The notes beneath the pieces are model-generated. The model ran no database searches and was not told where the DNA came from. It worked only from the letters and a program-made list of their open reading frames with translations. Below, piece by piece: positions 10,489 to 20,054 of a stretch of 64,000 nt of DNA; the first letter of the stretch is position 1; each line of letters starts with the position of its first letter. Source of the DNA: an uncultured archaeon (GTDB lineage Archaea; Altiarchaeota; Altiarchaeia; JAFGQM01); the NCBI GenBank assembly GCA_964592405.1, contig CAZQBY010000005.1:1-64000 (forward strand). The letters run 5' to 3'. Position numbers and translations under genes: made by a program.

Positions 10489-11399
10489 AGGGATAGTTTT
10501 GAGCAGTAGTCAATATATTCTTTAAGCCCCTCTTCCAGAGAATATTGAGGCTGCCATCCGAGTTTCTTTTTGGCTCTTGAGATGTCAGCCAGGGAGTGCT
10601 TCACATCGCCCTTCCTCTCCTCCGCGTGTATTATATCGGAGCTGGAGCCGGTTAGTTCTATTATCTTCTCTGCAAGCTCGTTTATCGTTATTCTCCTACC
10701 TCCCGCTATGTTGTATATGCCGGATTTGCCGGCGGCCTTTTTGTTGGCTTCGACGACATCCTTCACATATGTGAAATCCCTTGTCTGCTCTCCGTCGCCA
10801 TAGATGGTCAAAGGCTCGCCTTTCATTGCCGCCTTGACAAACTTGGGTATCACGGCCGAATACTCGGAATCGGGATTCTGCCGGGGGCCGAAGACGTTGA
10901 AATAACGAAGCGAGACGGCCTTCAGGCCATAGAGCTCGCTGAAGACCCTCGTGTAGTGCTCCCCAATGAGCTTGCTTACTGCGTATGGGCTCTTGGGGTT
11001 CGGCTCCATGGTTTCGACCTTTGGCAAGGTGGGGGTATCGCCGTAGACAGATGAGGAGGAAGCATAAACCACATTCCTGACTCCTGTGTCTCTGCAGGCT
11101 ATTAGGAGTGTGAGGGTCCCGCCTATATTTGCATGGTTGCTGCGTATTGGGTCCCTGATACTGCGTGGAACGCTGGGTATCGCAGCCTGATGGTAGACGG
11201 TCTCAACACCATCCAAAACCTTCTTCATCAGATGCAAATCATTGACACTTCCCTTTATAAATCTGATTCCGGAGTTTTTGATAAATTCAATACTGTATCT
11301 GTTCGCCGTGGACAGATCATCAACCACAATAACATCGTCAAGCGACTCCGCCAGATTTGATCCTATGAAACCGGCACCACCCGTTATTAGGACTACCAT
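10485..11399 (-). CDS. NAD-dependent epimerase (WbpP-like UDP-GlcNAc 4-epimerase)
   Basis: TGGAGFIGS; AAIPSVPRSI; ASSSSVYG; SPYAVSK; LRYFNVFGPRQ. Confidence 0.88.
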   Translation of the reverse strand: MVVLITGGAGFIGSNLAESLDDVIVVDDLSTANRYSIEFIKNSGIRFIKGSVNDLHLMKKVLDGVETVYHQAAIPSVPRSIRDPIRSNHANIGGTLTLLIACRDTGVRNVVYASSSSVYGDTPTLPKVETMEPNPKSPYAVSKLIGEHYTRVFSELYGLKAVSLRYFNVFGPRQNPDSEYSAVIPKFVKAAMKGEPLTIYGDGEQTRDFTYVKDVVEANKKAAGKSGIYNIAGGRRITINELAEKIIELTGSSSDIIHAEERKGDVKHSLADISRAKKKLGWQPQYSLEEGLKEYIDYCSKLSL

Positions 11400-12376
11400 A
11401 TCAAAACTGCTAAAACTGCCAGAAGAGCCTCGAGAGATACCAGAACGGATACGAGGGTTCTTTCAGTTATCCCCCCGGTCAGGCGCATTATCAGGCTCGG
11501 CAGGCCTACAACCCTTGGGGCAGTCAGCTTTCCGTTTTTGAGGCTGATTATATCAATCTCCCGCGGAAAGCCTTTCCTAGCCTTGAGGATAAAATCAATG
11601 AGATATGGGGTCATTAACAAAAGGCCGGCTGTCTCAAAGTTGCCTATTATTATTGAGGAGGATATGCAGGCTCCTATGCTCAGGGTGCCGACGTCGCCGG
11701 GGAGGATTCTGGCCGGATATTTATTAAATAAGAGAAATGCGAAAAGTGCACCTGACATGGAAAGTAGAAGGACTGCTGCATCAAAACATCCTCTGTTAAG
11801 GGCTATTATACCTAGTGACAAACATGCCATAAGCCCCATCCCTGACTCAAGGCCGTTGAAGCCTGCCAGCATGTTGGTCAGGTTGGAAACCACGGTTACG
11901 GCTATGGGTATGAGCAGAAGGGGATATATTACCGGAAGGTATAACTGACCCAGGACAGGGAGGCTTATGTATGGATAGCCGGCAGCTACTGCAACCAGTG
12001 GAAGTGAGGCAAAGATTGGCAGTGCTGCCTTTATTGTCTGCCTTATTCTTATAAGATCATCCAGAATTCCAATAACCGTTATTGTGAGTATTGTACTTAT
12101 GGCTGCAAATATCTCCGTCAGGTTTGAGAATTGGACAAATGATTTATCTGAAACCAGGCTGCTGTGCATAAGGGTGGTGATTGCTATTGCAGAGAGCGTT
12201 CCTGCGACAAAGCCGGCCACCACTGCCAGCCCGCCCATCTCAGGGAGTTTTGGTTTGTCAGGTTTGTTTATGTCCCTCCCCACTATACCGGCATCTGAGA
12301 ATTTCCTGATAAATTCTGGTATGGAAAGAAACGCCACAAGGAATGACACTACTGACACAACGAGAACAAACAGCAT
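11393..12376 (-). CDS. aglH: UDP-GlcNAc:dolichol-phosphate GlcNAc-1-phosphate transferase (MraY/GPT family)
   Basis: D.NK, PEMGG, GILDD, NMLAGFNGLE, NKYPARILPGDVG; directly downstream of aglB. Confidence 0.8.
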   Translation of the reverse strand: MLFVLVVSVVSFLVAFLSIPEFIRKFSDAGIVGRDINKPDKPKLPEMGGLAVVAGFVAGTLSAIAITTLMHSSLVSDKSFVQFSNLTEIFAAISTILTITVIGILDDLIRIRQTIKAALPIFASLPLVAVAAGYPYISLPVLGQLYLPVIYPLLLIPIAVTVVSNLTNMLAGFNGLESGMGLMACLSLGIIALNRGCFDAAVLLLSMSGALFAFLLFNKYPARILPGDVGTLSIGACISSSIIIGNFETAGLLLMTPYLIDFILKARKGFPREIDIISLKNGKLTAPRVVGLPSLIMRLTGGITERTLVSVLVSLEALLAVLAVLIW

Positions 12377-12404
12377 TTTGGTAGATTTGTAAAGAAGTGG
12401 AAGG

Positions 12405-15400
12405 TTAGATTGAGACTAGTGAATTTGCACTGCAATAGCTCTCATCTCCAACGCAGTAGTATGAAATGTTAACATAATCGCCGAACTCCTCAGCAAGCTG
12501 ATCCAGCAACGGCTTCTGTTCCTCACACACTGGACAGACCTTTGTATAAAAGACCTGCAGAAGGGATCTGTTCTCCCCGGGGGCGCATGGAGTTGTGTTG
12601 TCAAGCTTTTTAATGGTTCGGAGAACCCCGGTTATATTCAAATCAGCAGTGATGCTCCCGTCAGAGTATGTGATACCCAGAGGCTCACATATCTCCTTCG
12701 GCTCCGCCTTGTTGAGTATGCATGTTATCTTTCTGAGGACATCCATCTCAAGCTCTGGATCTGACATCTTGGCTATCTTCTTGTACTGGCAGTTCCAGAC
12801 TATGGAGGGGAAGTTGTTTAGATTGTAGGTTTCCGGAAGGGAGGGGTCATAGTAATCAAATGTTATGTTAATGGTTTTCTCATCCTCCTCTGGGACAGGC
12901 ATCTTCTCACCATTCAGGCTAACCAGTGTTATCTCGAATATCAGAGTCTTGCCAGCCAGAGGATTGTCTGTCCCGGTTCCATAGGCCTGCTCCGGTGGTA
13001 TTGTAACCAGTTTTGACTCGCCAAGTTTCATTCCCACAACCGCATCTTCAAAGCCCGGGATCACCTGGCCGGCTCCGATTGTGAATTGTAGTGGTTCACG
13101 CCCCAGTGAGCTGTCAAAGACTGTGCCGTTTTCAAACTTGCCGACATACTCAACTTCCACAATATCACCCATCTTGGCCACTGGTTCGGTTTCTGTTTCA
13201 CCCTGCCCCATTTCCTGCTCTTGGGATTCTGTTTCTTCTTCAGTCTTGGGAATCTCATCAGGATATGTAACTTTATATATCTTCACGCTGGGATAAAAGA
13301 GTTTTGTCTTGTCATCGGTGACCAGAGTGAAATATTTTAGATTCTTGGCATCAAAGAGATAGAGTTGGGTGAACATCGCGTTCATCCATCTCTCAGGCAC
13401 GTGGATGAATATCTGTGGGGCAATGACATCTTCGCTCAGGCGCTGGCCATACCGCATGTTTATCAAGGCATCCTTTCCTGATGCCATAACCTCATTGTAA
13501 TCCTTTAGTTCACAGTTACTGGATATGAATTTGAGATCCTGCGAGCCATCAGAATACATACGTACTATAAATGCGGGGTAGTCGCCGCCATCAGCATATC
13601 TGAGTCCGCTGAATCCTGTATATAAATAGGTTCGTATAGCCGTCTTGCGCTGACCATTCTCCGGGAAGATCACCGGCTTTAGCGAAGTTGAGTAGGCAGG
13701 CTTGCATGCATAGCCTTTGGTATTGAGCTGATACTGACCGTAGACAGCCTGCCCCGGCCTTCGCAATATCTTGGCAGATCCGCCCTTGTTTACTATGACA
13801 TGCCAGTCAAGGGAGCTGTTGCAGCATTTGGTTGGGTTTTCCTCACAACACATCTTTTTCTCAACCTGAGTCAGTAGGTCTCTGGTGCAGACCACACCCT
13901 GACTGCAGACATACTTACCCTTCTTTTTCTCTGCTACAAGACCGTTCTCAACATTCTGGCATATCTCACCAACCTCGCAAGTGCCATTGACAGCAGTATA
14001 ACCATTTGGGTATTGGTAGTAGTTCGTTCCCAAAAAGGAAAGTGCTCCCGACTTCCCTATGAGTGAGTAATCGAGTATTACATACTTTACCTTGTGCCCG
14101 CCGTCAGGATCTTTTGGATTCCACGGCTGTTCCATAAGCCATTGCATGGCCTCATCCTCAGATGTTGTGTTGTAGAAAAAGCGGGCTATGCGCATTATAT
14201 ACTCCTCCCCGGCCTGTAGCGGATCAGCTATTACTGTTGCTCTTGAAAGGGCGGTTATGAAGTGTCCATAGTCCCACCAGGTAAGGACATAATCGCCGTT
14301 TATGTATTTATCGCCAATATATGCTCCGGGCCTGATGTGCTCATCCAGCCACTTGACGCCCAAAAACCATGCAGGGTCAACGGGTGCGGGTATCTTTGTC
14401 CGTTTCCACGCATCAGAATTATTATATGGATAAAAGATTGTGAAGGGTATCACTACCATGACTACAAGGAGGGTTATGACCTTCCAGCTGCCCATCTCCT
14501 TCCAGTTGTTTGGAAGCATAAGTCCTATCATGGAGCCTAGAAGGAGGAAGCCCAGACTCTGTGAGAAGGTCAGTCTTGCCTCAACCCAGACAAACTGCAT
14601 GGCTACTAGGAAGAAGATCAGGCATATCAGATATGCGCGCAACAGTTCGAACATACGATCCCGATCTTTAAAGAAGTAGTATAACAGGAATACGGGTACT
14701 AGAACTGCCATTATAACTGTAAGAGGCTCTGCTATGTGGTATTTGGTGTATCCTGTGGTCAGCTTCTTTATAAGGTCCCCCCTTGCTAGAGCTGCCTGCT
14801 CGGAGATTGTCTTGTCCACAAGAAAGTTGTGGGCCGATGTGCCGGCAAATTCTTCAAATGCCTTTTGGGGAACACTCAAGATGCGGTCTATGCCAATGGC
14901 AAAAAGGGCGATAAGGGTCGCGATTATAACTATGGCTGCAAATTGAGTAAAATATCTTTTCTCAAGCCCATGCTTGGTATCCTCCTTTTTCCAGATGCGG
15001 ATACGGATAAGCTCGGCAAGCACCCCCATAAAGAGCATAAAGCCGTATGGCCCAATCTGGGTAACATCTATATGGAAATTTGTTAGGAAAACCAGATTGC
15101 CTGCTATTGGTATCGCACCCGCAATGATGGCTGCACGAATAGTCCGCCAGATGTCATACTTTAGGAGTATGCTGAAGATTGAGTAAATTCCTAGGGCTGT
15201 AAATGGTATTGCAAATAGGAAGACTACTCCCTTCCAGCTTACAATAGTAATAAAAAAGGCCACTCCAGAGAGGACGGCATATTTTGTGTTTTCCCTTCCA
15301 TCGGATTTCATCGCCTTGGCCAGTAGGTAAAGTGAGAATATGCCCAGAACCATCCCCATGAGATCCTCTTCTATCGCCCCTGCAACAGATTTTGTCAGCA

Positions 15401-16163
15401 GAGCCGGCATGGTGGCGAAGAAGAGGCCTCCAAACATGCCGCTCTTCCAGTCACCTGTCAGCTCCTTGATGAAGAAGAACATCATGACGGCGCCGAAAGC
15501 AGATATAAGGAGGGGGTAGAGGATTGTTATATCGCGTATTGGATTTCCTGTCATGAGGGCAAGGTAGGTATTGTAGTAATATGGAAATTTGTGGGGCGCT
15601 GCCCTACCATGTGGCGGGTATATGGTGAAATCTATACGGGGTATGGTCCCCATCTCATAGAGTTTCTCTGTCTGTTTGTAATGATAGTAGGGATCATCCA
15701 TGGATATTAAGTGGCCGGGCATCGGGCCCGAGCCCGGCAGGGCTGGATAAACCCGGAAGAGTATGGCAGTTACGGCCAGTACCATCACTACTGCTGTCTG
15801 CGGTTTTATTATCCTGCCTGCCACCAGTGCTGAAAGCGCCATATATGCTGTAAGCAATAGTATGAGGAGGGTGTCGCCGGGGATTTTGAAAATCACGGCG
15901 ATTAGGGCAACTCCCATGAGGGCCGGCAGGACATTCCACTTGTCTTTCTTGAATCCACTAAAACTTGAGATGGAGAGGTAAGCTAGAAAGCCTGTTGAGC
16001 CAATGACTATCAGGTTGAAAAGTAGTTTGGTTACATCATGTCTTATTAGGAGGCTTACCAGTAGGAAGATTGTGAGGGAGATGATGATGAGGAGGTGTGG
16101 TGAGTCTTCAAGTTTTTTTGATATCTCCTGCATTATGTCTTCCGCTTTCCTATTCTCTGCCAT
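12405..16163 (-). CDS. aglB: Oligosaccharyltransferase AglB (STT3) with C-terminal FKBP PPIase and thioredoxin-like CxxC domains
   Basis: DPYYH, TISE (TIXE) and WWDYG motifs after many TM helices; FKBP motif VEYVGKFENGTVFDSS..GQVIPGFEDAV..IPPEQAYG; C-terminal FYTKVCPVCEEQ. Start probably MAENRK (16163). Confidence 0.88.
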   Translation of the reverse strand: MAENRKAEDIMQEISKKLEDSPHLLIIISLTIFLLVSLLIRHDVTKLLFNLIVIGSTGFLAYLSISSFSGFKKDKWNVLPALMGVALIAVIFKIPGDTLLILLLTAYMALSALVAGRIIKPQTAVVMVLAVTAILFRVYPALPGSGPMPGHLISMDDPYYHYKQTEKLYEMGTIPRIDFTIYPPHGRAAPHKFPYYYNTYLALMTGNPIRDITILYPLLISAFGAVMMFFFIKELTGDWKSGMFGGLFFATMPALLTKSVAGAIEEDLMGMVLGIFSLYLLAKAMKSDGRENTKYAVLSGVAFFITIVSWKGVVFLFAIPFTALGIYSIFSILLKYDIWRTIRAAIIAGAIPIAGNLVFLTNFHIDVTQIGPYGFMLFMGVLAELIRIRIWKKEDTKHGLEKRYFTQFAAIVIIATLIALFAIGIDRILSVPQKAFEEFAGTSAHNFLVDKTISEQAALARGDLIKKLTTGYTKYHIAEPLTVIMAVLVPVFLLYYFFKDRDRMFELLRAYLICLIFFLVAMQFVWVEARLTFSQSLGFLLLGSMIGLMLPNNWKEMGSWKVITLLVVMVVIPFTIFYPYNNSDAWKRTKIPAPVDPAWFLGVKWLDEHIRPGAYIGDKYINGDYVLTWWDYGHFITALSRATVIADPLQAGEEYIMRIARFFYNTTSEDEAMQWLMEQPWNPKDPDGGHKVKYVILDYSLIGKSGALSFLGTNYYQYPNGYTAVNGTCEVGEICQNVENGLVAEKKKGKYVCSQGVVCTRDLLTQVEKKMCCEENPTKCCNSSLDWHVIVNKGGSAKILRRPGQAVYGQYQLNTKGYACKPAYSTSLKPVIFPENGQRKTAIRTYLYTGFSGLRYADGGDYPAFIVRMYSDGSQDLKFISSNCELKDYNEVMASGKDALINMRYGQRLSEDVIAPQIFIHVPERWMNAMFTQLYLFDAKNLKYFTLVTDDKTKLFYPSVKIYKVTYPDEIPKTEEETESQEQEMGQGETETEPVAKMGDIVEVEYVGKFENGTVFDSSLGREPLQFTIGAGQVIPGFEDAVVGMKLGESKLVTIPPEQAYGTGTDNPLAGKTLIFEITLVSLNGEKMPVPEEDEKTINITFDYYDPSLPETYNLNNFPSIVWNCQYKKIAKMSDPELEMDVLRKITCILNKAEPKEICEPLGITYSDGSITADLNITGVLRTIKKLDNTTPCAPGENRSLLQVFYTKVCPVCEEQKPLLDQLAEEFGDYVNISYYCVGDESYCSANSLVSI

Positions 16164-16794
16164 TCTCCAGTAGTTCAGAGATGTCTTGTATAACCCTCTC
16201 GGGTTTCTCAACCTTCAAGACATCACTGTTATATTTGTTGAGCATGAATACTGTGTGGCAACCTGCAGCCCTGCCGGCCATGATATCATATATAGTGTCC
16301 CCGACAAAGACCGCCTCGCTAGGTTCAGTCCTCAGGACATGCAAGGCATTGGTCACCGGCTCATGGTGAGGCTTCTTGTTTTTTGCATCTTCCTCACCTA
16401 TTAGAACATCAAAATAGTGATATATTCCGGTCTGTTGTAGTGTCTCATAAACAACATCGCGCGGTGAGGTACTGACCACCCCAAGCTTGCAACCCTTTCT
16501 CTTTAAGCGTTTTAAAGTTAGAGGAACATTCTTAAAAACCTTGACCTCCCGGAGGTTGCGCAGCCAGTATCTCTCGAAGTCCTTGAGAAGTTTCTTGTGT
16601 TCCTCTCCAGTAGCTACACCAAGTAAGCGGGATATTGTAGAATCAACAGGCTTGCCAAAAAGTTTCTTGTCAAATTCCTGTTTTGTCAGCATTCTTTTCC
16701 TGTTCTGCTTGAGGGCCGCATTGAATGATTTATAGATTAGATCAAAAGTATCTACTAATGTACCATCCATATCAAAGAGAAAGGCTTTATACAT
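16150..16794 (-). CDS. HAD-superfamily hydrolase (PpaX/phosphoglycolate phosphatase-like)
   Basis: FDMDGTLVDT, KP.HEP, VGDTIYDI..GRAAG. Confidence 0.88.
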   Translation of the reverse strand: MYKAFLFDMDGTLVDTFDLIYKSFNAALKQNRKRMLTKQEFDKKLFGKPVDSTISRLLGVATGEEHKKLLKDFERYWLRNLREVKVFKNVPLTLKRLKRKGCKLGVVSTSPRDVVYETLQQTGIYHYFDVLIGEEDAKNKKPHHEPVTNALHVLRTEPSEAVFVGDTIYDIMAGRAAGCHTVFMLNKYNSDVLKVEKPERVIQDISELLENGRE

Positions 16795-16874
16795 CCTGCC
16801 TCAAATTTACGGGATTTTAGCAGGACAAGATATAAATAGATGTAAACAGGTTGGAATGCAGGATATAGGATAAA

Positions 16875-18629
16875 ATGCGGATAGCGATTATAGACCGGGG
16901 TAAATGCAGACCCAAGATCTGCGGGCTGCTCTGTCAGAGAGTATGCCCAAGAGTGCGAAGCGGGGATGAAACCATCACCGTTGACGAAGCCAGCGGCAAG
17001 CCTATCATACAGGAGGATTTATGTGCTGGTTGTGGTATATGTGTCAACAAATGCCCATTTGGGGCAATAATTATCACAAACACTCCTGAAGGGGCGGGTG
17101 TCCTGACGCACCAATATGGCAAAAACGGCTTCCGCTTATATGGGCTACCAATCCCCAGAGCAGGCAGTGTTGTTGGCATAATTGGGGCCAATGGTATGGG
17201 TAAGAGCACTGCCATTAAGATACTCAGTGGTCAGCTGAAACCAAATCTTGGTCGGTTGGATAAGGAGTTAGGATGGGAGGAAATTATAGAGCAATATCGT
17301 GGAAATGAGGTTCAGGAACATTTGAGAAGGCTTTTGGCTGGAGAGGTCAAGGCCGTTTACAAGCCCCAGTATGTGGATTCTCTGGCCAAGATAAATGGTA
17401 AGGTCAAGGAGGTCCTTTCAGGGATTTCTGAAGGGTGGGAGGATTTGGTAAGAGAATTCGGGTTGGATAAAATATTGGAGAGGGATATGGCATCTTTGAG
17501 TGGGGGGGAACTGCAACGACTTGCCATAGCCATTGCCCTCCTAAAGGATGTTGACTTATACTTCTTTGACGAGCCAAGTTCTTATCTGGATGTGTCAGAG
17601 CGGTTCAAGGCTGCTAAGAGAATAAGGAGGCTGGCCGAGAAGGGTAAGTCCGTTATAGTTGTGGAACATGATCTGGTTGTATTGGATTATCTCTCGGATT
17701 ATGTACATATAGCCTTTGGCGAGAAAGCAGCATTTGGTGTGCTCTCCCATCTGAAGAACACACGGGTTGGAATAAACGAGTATCTGGCCGGATGGATGCG
17801 GAGTGAGAATGTTCGCCTGCGAATGGGTGAGATTAGGTTTGAGGAGCAGGCACCTGACAGATTCAAAAGCCGTGATATATTGTTTGAATACCCAAAGATT
17901 AGGAAGAGATATGATGGGTTTAGGTTGAGTGTGGATGGTGGGGCGATCCACAGAGGAATTGTTGTCGGCATAGTAGGCCCAAATGCAACAGGAAAGACTA
18001 CCATGATGAAGATTCTTGTGGGTGAGGTAGATAATGATGGGGATAAGATAGACTTGGGTATAAAACTATCCTACAAGGCACAATACCTCAGACCGATAGA
18101 CAAGACTGTTAGGGAGATTCTGATGGGGGTTACAAAGGATCTGTATAAATCGCATTATAAGACCGGTGTTCTTGAACCATTGGAACTGGAGGGGTTGCTG
18201 GATCATAATACTGAAGAGCTCAGTGGTGGGGAGTTGCAGAGGGTTGCCATTGCTGAATGCCTTTCCCGTGAGACAGATGTCTATTTCCTAGATGAGCCGT
18301 CAGCTTACCTTGATGTTGAACAAAGGCTGGTAGTTGCCAAGATGATACGCCGCAAGATGGAAAATGAGAAAAAAAGCGCTATGATAATAGACCATGATAT
18401 TACATTTATAGATTATGTTTCCGATAAACTGATGGTTTTTTCTGGAGAACCGGGAATATGCGGGCAGGCAGGTGCTCCTCTAGACCTGAGAGAGGGTATG
18501 AACACTTTTTTGGAGGAGATGGATATTACCTTCAGACGGGATGAGGAAAGTAAACGGCCGAGGGCCAACAAACCAGGTTCCCAGAAGGATAGGGAACAGC
18601 GAGAAAGGGGCGAATATTACTACAGCTAG
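16875..18629 (+). CDS. rli1: Ribosome recycling ATPase ABCE1
   Basis: N-terminal Fe-S Cys motifs, two ABC domains (GANGMGKST, LSGGELQR twice, GPNATGKTT), C-terminal GEYYY. Confidence 0.96.
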   Translation: MRIAIIDRGKCRPKICGLLCQRVCPRVRSGDETITVDEASGKPIIQEDLCAGCGICVNKCPFGAIIITNTPEGAGVLTHQYGKNGFRLYGLPIPRAGSVVGIIGANGMGKSTAIKILSGQLKPNLGRLDKELGWEEIIEQYRGNEVQEHLRRLLAGEVKAVYKPQYVDSLAKINGKVKEVLSGISEGWEDLVREFGLDKILERDMASLSGGELQRLAIAIALLKDVDLYFFDEPSSYLDVSERFKAAKRIRRLAEKGKSVIVVEHDLVVLDYLSDYVHIAFGEKAAFGVLSHLKNTRVGINEYLAGWMRSENVRLRMGEIRFEEQAPDRFKSRDILFEYPKIRKRYDGFRLSVDGGAIHRGIVVGIVGPNATGKTTMMKILVGEVDNDGDKIDLGIKLSYKAQYLRPIDKTVREILMGVTKDLYKSHYKTGVLEPLELEGLLDHNTEELSGGELQRVAIAECLSRETDVYFLDEPSAYLDVEQRLVVAKMIRRKMENEKKSAMIIDHDITFIDYVSDKLMVFSGEPGICGQAGAPLDLREGMNTFLEEMDITFRRDEESKRPRANKPGSQKDREQRERGEYYYS

Positions 18630-18650
18630 TATGTGCCTTTGGTCCTGTGC

Positions 18651-18863
18651 TTAACCCTGTGGTTGGGCCGATTCTGTCTCTTTGATCTTCTCCATGTATC
18701 CACATTTACCACAGCTGTACCGATCCTTATGCTTAGCTAGGAAAACACCGGGCCCACATTTTGGGCAGGTCTTGTTCTTCCTGCTGATATTGTCTCCTTC
18801 TGTGATATACAGCCTGTATTTTTTCTGGAGTCTCTTCTCTCCTTCCTGTTTCTTTTTGGTCAT
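18651..18863 (-). CDS. rps27ae: 30S ribosomal protein S27ae (eS31)
   Basis: [24 protein letters not shown]. Confidence 0.95.
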   Translation of the reverse strand: MTKKKQEGEKRLQKKYRLYITEGDNISRKNKTCPKCGPGVFLAKHKDRYSCGKCGYMEKIKETESAQPQG

Positions 18864-18865
18864 CT

Positions 18866-19357
18866 TTATTCAGGATTAGCCTTGGTGGTTGTTTTGGGCT
18901 GGTCTGTTGGCTGGTCTGTGGGGTGGTTTGCGGGGTTAGTTTGTGGGGTTGTGGCTGTATTTTCCTTATCCTGTTCAGATACTTTGGCTACTTCCTCTGT
19001 AGTCTGGGATGAGGCCGGGGCTTCTTCAGAGGTGGATGGTTTAGAAGTGGTGGAATCACCAGAGGCAGATTTGCCTTCATCGCCTACCACACGATCTCTT
19101 CTGGTGAGATACTCCGGTTCGATCTTCCTCATAATCTCCTCCTTATCATAAACCTTGGCCTTTCCGGTAATGAGATTATATCCGGTCTTCTGGTCTATGA
19201 TATCTATTACTATGAGATTCTCACCAGTTTTTAGCTTCTTTGACAGTTCTGTTTTTATTTTGACCCGTGTGGGGGTTGGTTTGTCTTCTAGTTGAAACTC
19301 CACTTCCCTGCGGCCCAATAGGGGATTGTATTCCTCCTTTATTATCTCCACATTCAT
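18866..19357 (-). CDS. rps24e: 30S ribosomal protein S24e with long low-complexity C-terminal extension
   Basis: [18 protein letters not shown]; canonical operon position. Confidence 0.9.
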   Translation of the reverse strand: MNVEIIKEEYNPLLGRREVEFQLEDKPTPTRVKIKTELSKKLKTGENLIVIDIIDQKTGYNLITGKAKVYDKEEIMRKIEPEYLTRRDRVVGDEGKSASGDSTTSKPSTSEEAPASSQTTEEVAKVSEQDKENTATTPQTNPANHPTDQPTDQPKTTTKANPE

Positions 19358-19878
19358 TTTGTAAAACGTGAAAGGATGTCCTCAAAGATGGCCCTTATTT
19401 TTCGGTCAATGAGTATTAAAATGGCTCCGTTCTTTTGTGGGAGTCCGTAGATCACGCGTGAACCTATTGGGGCATTTAGGATTACTGGAATTGCCAGCAG
19501 GTCCTCCTCACCCTCAACAAGTATGGATGCCTGCTCTTGATTTAGGCATCTTACAACTGCGTTCCAGGCCTCTTTTGTTATGGTGGCGGGCGGATTCCTT
19601 ACTACCAGAGGGGGAGCGTAAGCATTTAGAAGTTTGGAGGATTCTCTGTCTGACGGCCGGCGCCTGATCCTTTTATCCCAGATTATTAATGATGGGGAGA
19701 GACCACCCCGTATAAGGTGTGTGGATACTGTATCGCCAATAGATATTAAGGGTTTCTCACTAGGTTGCTCTTTGAGTATTTGGATGATGCGCGAACACTG
19801 CATTACTTCCCCGAAAGGCTTCCTCAGTTCACTCCGGAGGGATTGTGGGAGGTGGAGGTCGTTTTCAATAACAATCAT
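19354..19878 (-). CDS. GTP-dependent dephospho-CoA kinase (DUF359)
   Basis: LRKPFG, IGD, NPPATIT, VEGEEDLLAIP, YGLP; canonical position between spt4 and rps24e. Confidence 0.9.
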   Translation of the reverse strand: MIVIENDLHLPQSLRSELRKPFGEVMQCSRIIQILKEQPSEKPLISIGDTVSTHLIRGGLSPSLIIWDKRIRRRPSDRESSKLLNAYAPPLVVRNPPATITKEAWNAVVRCLNQEQASILVEGEEDLLAIPVILNAPIGSRVIYGLPQKNGAILILIDRKIRAIFEDILSRFTK

Positions 19879-20054
19879 ATCTTGAGTGCGTAAATCCCTT
19901 TGATCCGGACATCCATCTCCTTGGCCATTTCACTTTTCTCAGGGTGTATTACTGCAACCTTGCCGCTCCAATCTCGTGTCAAATCCACTCCACACGCCGG
20001 ACATTTGGTAGCCTCATGATATACCTTCCCACATCTTGGACATGCTAGATCCAT
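19875..20054 (-). CDS. spt4: Transcription elongation factor Spt4 (RpoE''), 59 aa, missing from the ORF track
   Basis: Manual translation MDLACPRCGKVYHEATKCPACGVDLTRDWSGKVAVIHPEKSEMAKEMDVRIKGIYALKI; overlaps the rpoE' stop and DUF359 start. Confidence 0.93.
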   Translation of the reverse strand: MDLACPRCGKVYHEATKCPACGVDLTRDWSGKVAVIHPEKSEMAKEMDVRIKGIYALKI

